Shown here piece by piece: positions 59,686 to 64,000 of a stretch of 64,000 bases of DNA (within the stretch, counting starts at the first letter, position 1; each line of letters begins with the position of its first letter). The position numbers were made by a program, and so were the translations under genes. The stretch is from a bacterium. GTDB lineage: Bacteria > Verrucomicrobiota > Verrucomicrobiia > Limisphaerales > UBA11358. The stretch covers positions 45,358 to 109,357 of the forward strand of contig JAJXXW010000028.1 of assembly GCA_021780905.1 (NCBI GenBank), written 5' to 3'. The notes below the pieces were generated by a model. That model was not told the DNA's origin. It did no database searches and saw nothing but the letters and a program-made list of their open reading frames with translations.

Positions 59686-60354
59686 ATGCGGCGAACCCTG
59701 TTCATCACCGGCACCGACACCGGCGCGGGCAAAACCGTTCTGACCGCGCTGCTGGCGGCGTTTTTGCGCTCGCAAAAAATCCGCGTGGTCGCGTTCAAGC
59801 CCGTCTGCTCGGGCGATCGCGACGACGCGGAAAAAATCTTCGCCGCGCTCGGCGGCGCGCTGACGCTGGACGAAATCAACCCGTGGCATTTCCGCGCCGC
59901 CATTGCGCCGGCGCTCGCGGCCAGGCGAGAGAAAAAATCCGTCACGCTCGCCCAAGCGCTCGCGCACGTCCGCGCAACGCAAAAGGATTTCGCCGTGACG
60001 CTCGTGGAGGGCGCGGGCGGTCTGCTGGCCCCCCTCGGCGAACAGTTCGATTCGCGCGATTTGATGACCGCCCTGCGCGCGACGCCCGTCATCGTCGCCC
60101 CCAACCGGCTCGGGGTGGTGAACCACGTTTTGCTGACGCTGGAGGCGCTGCCGAAAAGTCTCCGTGCGCGGGCGAGGGTGGTTTTGATGTCGCCGGCCAG
60201 GCCAGATGCCGCGACGGCGACCAACGCCAAATTGCTCGGTGATTTTTTCCCGGCCGAAAAAATCTTCAGGCTGCCGTGGCTCGGCCAGATGTTCTCGCCG
60301 TCCCAGGCCTTGAAGCACGCGGCGGTGCGGCGAACCCTCGCGCAACTGCTTTGA
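59686..60354 (+). CDS. bioD: Dethiobiotin synthase
   Basis: FITGTDTGAGKT, FKPV, VEGAGG, LGVVNH. Confidence 0.94.
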   Translation: MRRTLFITGTDTGAGKTVLTALLAAFLRSQKIRVVAFKPVCSGDRDDAEKIFAALGGALTLDEINPWHFRAAIAPALAARREKKSVTLAQALAHVRATQKDFAVTLVEGAGGLLAPLGEQFDSRDLMTALRATPVIVAPNRLGVVNHVLLTLEALPKSLRARARVVLMSPARPDAATATNAKLLGDFFPAEKIFRLPWLGQMFSPSQALKHAAVRRTLAQLL

Positions 60355-60404
60355 TCGCGACTCGCATTCCAAAGGGACAAGCGCCGCGAACTTCCGCCAA
60401 AAAA

Positions 60405-62426
60405 TCAGGGGCCCGTGGCGCTGGTCGCTGCGGATTTCGCCGGCGCGTTGGTGGCCGCGAAGGACTCCCGCCAGGGCTGGTGGTTTTGGTAGAGCGCCAG
60501 CCGGTGCTGGATGGACTCCACATCTTTCTGTTTCAGCGCGGCGGCCACGGTGAGCGCGGTTTGCGCGGCCGTTTGCGCCTCATCAAAGCTGCCCATTTCG
60601 GCGCAGGCCATGCCCAGCGTGTCCAGCACGTCCGGCCGGCGGCCACTCGTCAGGAGGTTGGCCTTGGCGGCGAAGGTGAAGGCGCTCTGGCCGTTGCGGG
60701 TGGCGGGATTTTCGGAGCTGGCCAGCACCCGCGCGGTGAAGGTGAGAAACTCAATGTTATTTGGATCCCGCCGCAGCGCGGCCCGCAATTCAGCGAGCGC
60801 CTCGGGGTCGCGATGTTCGCGCAGGAAAATCTTGGCCGTTTCAAAATGCGGCCAGGCGTAGTGCGCGTCCAGCTGCGCGGCCCGGGCAAACTCCTGGATC
60901 GCCTCGTCATCCCGGCCGGCGGTGGCGAGCGCCAGGCCCAGCACGTTGTGGAGAAACGGCACGGCGGGGCCGAGGCGCACGGCGGCGCGATGTTCGGCCA
61001 GTGCTTCCGCCGGCCGGCCCAAATGATCCAGCGCGTTCGCCAGGTTGTGGTGGCCCTGATAGCGGTCGGGTTCGACGCGCACGGCGGCGCGGTATTGCCC
61101 GGCCGCCGCCGCGAGCCGGCCCTGCTGTTCGAGGGCCACGCCGAGGTTGTTGCGGGCAACGTCATTGTCGGTCGTCACCGCGAGTGCGTGCCGGAAGAGC
61201 GTGACGCTGTTGCGCCAGTGCCAAAGCTGATTTTCCATCGTCACCACGGTGGCGGCCAGAATGGCAACCGAAATTCCCGCGAGCATGATTTTGGGAATCC
61301 GCCACCGCGCCGCCAGATCGGCGACGGCAAACACGCACGCAAACAACAAACCGACGGACGGCAGATAGCTGTAGCGGTCGGCGATCTCGGCGCCGCCGAC
61401 CTGCACGAGGCCGATGACCGGCACGAGCATACCCAGAAACCACAGCCAGCCGGTCAGCCCATACGGTGCGGGCCGGCGCAGCTGCCAGGCGGCCAAGGTG
61501 ATCGCCAGCAGCACCGCGACCGCCAGCGCGACGGCGGCGAGCGGAATTTTTTCGGGCAGCGGATAAAAAATCGCCAGTTTGGCCGGCCAGAAAGTTTTTT
61601 CGAGATAATCGAGGTAGGCGACCGGCACGCTTTTGAGCCGGTAATGCAGCGGCACCGTCGCCAGCGAGACGACGGCGTTGCTGCTGCGCTGCGATTGCGC
61701 GAGCAGCGTGATGGCGCACGCGGCGGCGCTGATCGCAAAGAATGGCAGCTTTTCCAAAAGCAACACGCCAAAGGCACGCAGATTTGAAATTTGAAATTTG
61801 AAATTTGGAATGCGTTGCAGCGGCCAGTAGTCCAGCAGCAGCAGCACGCACGGCAGCGTCACGAGCATGGGTTTGGCCATCAGACCAAGCGCAAATGTCG
61901 CCAGGCTCCCGGCCAGATGAACTTTGGACCGGGGACTTTGAACTTTGGATTCCTCGACGTAACGCGTGTAGTTCCAGAGCGCGAGCAGCGCGAAAAATGT
62001 GCTCAACACATCCTTGCGTTCGGAAATCCAGGCGACCGACTCGACGTGCAGCGGATGCCAGGCGAACAGCGCGGCAACGAAGGCCGGGGGCCAAATTTTA
62101 TCAGTGAGCCGGCACAGCCAGACCAACAGCAGGGCCGCATTCGCCGAATGAATCAAGGCGTTGACGAGATGCGGCCCGGCGGGATTGAGGCCGAAGACGC
62201 CGCAGTCAATCATGTGCGAGAGCCAGGTGAGCGGATGCCAGTTGCTGGCCGCCATCGTGGTGAACGCCCATTTGACGCCGGCCCATGTCACGCCGGCCTG
62301 CACGACGGGATTTTCAGTGACGTAAAGGCCGTCGTCATAGACGCAAAAGCTGAACCACGCCACCGGCAGATACAGTGCGAAGGTGGCGACGGCGAGCAGC
62401 CCGGCAAGGCGGCGCGGTTGCAACAT
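60405..62426 (-). CDS. TMTC-like membrane protein with C-terminal TPRs
   Basis: YDD..YV, NWHPLTWLSH, HPLHVESVAWISERKD, ADRYSYLP, C-terminal TPRs. Confidence 0.88.
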   Translation of the reverse strand: MLQPRRLAGLLAVATFALYLPVAWFSFCVYDDGLYVTENPVVQAGVTWAGVKWAFTTMAASNWHPLTWLSHMIDCGVFGLNPAGPHLVNALIHSANAALLLVWLCRLTDKIWPPAFVAALFAWHPLHVESVAWISERKDVLSTFFALLALWNYTRYVEESKVQSPRSKVHLAGSLATFALGLMAKPMLVTLPCVLLLLDYWPLQRIPNFKFQISNLRAFGVLLLEKLPFFAISAAACAITLLAQSQRSSNAVVSLATVPLHYRLKSVPVAYLDYLEKTFWPAKLAIFYPLPEKIPLAAVALAVAVLLAITLAAWQLRRPAPYGLTGWLWFLGMLVPVIGLVQVGGAEIADRYSYLPSVGLLFACVFAVADLAARWRIPKIMLAGISVAILAATVVTMENQLWHWRNSVTLFRHALAVTTDNDVARNNLGVALEQQGRLAAAAGQYRAAVRVEPDRYQGHHNLANALDHLGRPAEALAEHRAAVRLGPAVPFLHNVLGLALATAGRDDEAIQEFARAAQLDAHYAWPHFETAKIFLREHRDPEALAELRAALRRDPNNIEFLTFTARVLASSENPATRNGQSAFTFAAKANLLTSGRRPDVLDTLGMACAEMGSFDEAQTAAQTALTVAAALKQKDVESIQHRLALYQNHQPWRESFAATNAPAKSAATSATGP

Positions 62427-62590
62427 GCGTTTCTTGTAAGCGATTTTGCGGCCGGGGCAAAGCGGATTCATTTTGCTCAAAAATGTTTTTGCAATTTCCA
62501 CCCCGCGCATTGATAATCCGCCCGGCGGATCAATGCTCACGCACCCGCCGCTTGGCCCAAACCGGTTCCTCACCAGCAAGTTTGAATTTT

Positions 62591-63316
62591 ATGAGCGGGT
62601 TACCTTTTGCACTAATCGCGGCAGCCTCGGACCAGACCGAACTGCTTTATATCTGGGACAAGGCGACGGTCGAAGCCAAGGTCATCATCGCCTTGCTCTT
62701 GGTCTTTTCCATCGCCGCGTGGTTCGTGATGTTGTCCAAAATCCTCCAGATGCGGCGGGCGCGGAAATTGAATCTTTATTTCGGCGAGGAATTCACCGCG
62801 CAAAAAACCGTGCTGGAGATGTATGACCGCAAGCTCCAGGTCGAAGGCTGTCCGCTCTACGCCGTCTATCAGGCCGGCTGCTCGCAGCTTGACGCGCGGC
62901 TGCGCGGGCCGGACGGCGACCGCGCCCGGCAGAACATCAGCCTCAAAAACATGGAGCACATCAAACGCGCCATCGAAAACGTCGTCGCCAAGGAATCGCT
63001 GAAACTGGAATCCGGCCTGATCCTGCTCGCCATCGCGGTGAGCGGCGCGCCGTTCATGGGGCTGCTGGGCACGGTCTGGGGCGTGATGAGCACGTTCGCC
63101 GGCATCGCGCAGCAGGGCGCGGCCACGATGGCGGCGATGGCACCGGGCGTTTCCGCCGCGCTCGTCACGACGGTCGCCGGCCTGCTGGTGGCGATCCCCT
63201 CGATGTTCGGCTATAACTGGCTGGTCCACAATCTGCGCGCGTTCACCGTCGAGCTGGACAACTTCGCGCAGGAACTGGTTTCCAAGATGGAGACGGAATT
63301 TTTGGCGGAAGAATAA
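62591..63316 (+). CDS. MotA/TolQ/ExbB proton channel
   Basis: APFMGLLGTVWGVM..F, APGVSAALVTTVAGLLVAIP. Confidence 0.93.
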   Translation: MSGLPFALIAAASDQTELLYIWDKATVEAKVIIALLLVFSIAAWFVMLSKILQMRRARKLNLYFGEEFTAQKTVLEMYDRKLQVEGCPLYAVYQAGCSQLDARLRGPDGDRARQNISLKNMEHIKRAIENVVAKESLKLESGLILLAIAVSGAPFMGLLGTVWGVMSTFAGIAQQGAATMAAMAPGVSAALVTTVAGLLVAIPSMFGYNWLVHNLRAFTVELDNFAQELVSKMETEFLAEE

Positions 63317-63324
63317 TAACTTTC

Positions 63325-63741
63325 ATGCGCCGCTTCTCCCAACGCAGTCATCTGGTGACGTTGAGCGAAATCAACATCACACCGCTGCTGGATCTGGCGT
63401 TCGTGCTGCTCATCATCTTCGTCATCACCACGCCGCTGCTGGAACAGAGCATCAACCTGAAACTGCCGCGCGGCGGCTCGCGCGAAACCAAGCTGAACAA
63501 ATCCGACATCCGCACGGTCGAAATCTCCAACACGGGCTATTACGCGCTCAACAAACGGAAAATGCAACTGCCGCAGATTATTTTGCAACTCGCCAACGAA
63601 TCGCGCGCGAACCAGAATCTTGTGGTTTATATCCGCGCCGACAAGGATTGCCGCTACGATTTGGTGGCACAGATCATTGACGGCTGCCAGAAAAACGGCA
63701 TCACGCGCTATTCGCTGCGCACCGACCCGACGCCCAAATGA
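63325..63741 (+). CDS. ExbD/TolR family protein
   Basis: EINITPLLDLAFVLLIIFVITTP, IRADK. Confidence 0.93.
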   Translation: MRRFSQRSHLVTLSEINITPLLDLAFVLLIIFVITTPLLEQSINLKLPRGGSRETKLNKSDIRTVEISNTGYYALNKRKMQLPQIILQLANESRANQNLVVYIRADKDCRYDLVAQIIDGCQKNGITRYSLRTDPTPK

Positions 63742-64000
63742 GCCGCCTGCAAAAAAAATGCCTCATCGCCACCGTGGGTTTGCACCTGCTGCTGGTGTTG
63801 ACGGTGGTTTTTGGTGCGGCGTTTTTCACGAGCCGGCCCAAGCCGGACGACACCCAGGTGCTGGATGTGATTCCGGCGAACCTGATTGACGCGGCGTTCA
63901 ACAGCGGCGTCCAGGCCGCGCCGCCGCCCGCGCCGACCCCGGTTGTCAAACCGCCGGAGCCAACTCCGCCGCCGGCACCGGTAAAACCCGTCGTCTCGCC
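63738..64000 (+). CDS. TonB/TolA-like proline-rich protein, runs off the window edge
   Basis: ATGA overlap with the exbD-like gene; MSRLQKKCLIATVGLHLLLV transmembrane segment with His, then PPPAPTPVVKPPEP. Confidence 0.8.
   Translation, partial: MSRLQKKCLIATVGLHLLLVLTVVFGAAFFTSRPKPDDTQVLDVIPANLIDAAFNSGVQAAPPPAPTPVVKPPEPTPPPAPVKPVVS

Overview
A mostly chromosomal, GC-rich (about 60%) bacterial window. Gene content and protein style suggest Verrucomicrobiota, Pedosphaera/Limisphaerales-like; this is an inference. Core genes are nadB, hisF, ruvB, an N-terminal-only carB, purH, polX, thiD, queE, hpnJ/hpnH, mqnA, tig, bioD, exbB/exbD/tonB-like genes and tRNA-Lys(UUU). Other genes encode CAZymes (GH95, GH2, GH57, a sialate O-acetylesterase), a SNF2 helicase, a wza/wzc/beta-barrel/FHA locus, two TolC proteins, an ABC-2 exporter and two OmcB-like DUF11 proteins. 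Four IS relics (IS5, IS256, IS1380, ISL3) and a pcm pseudogene are present. The most notable observations: (1) an operon downstream of tRNA-Lys joining a HydE-like radical SAM enzyme to KAS, a chain-length-factor-like protein, FabG and ACP; (2) a variable block after the half-carB with an AT-rich P-loop ATPase, stacked palindromic elements, and an orphan gene whose upstream region is a 21-nt-periodic array containing a 30-bp inverted repeat; (3) 7-nt tandem repeats and a REP doublet sitting in frame inside proteins; (4) short, sharply AT-shifted in-frame patches inside GC-rich genes. No CRISPR array or rRNA was seen. All family calls come from motif recognition by eye, not from database searches.
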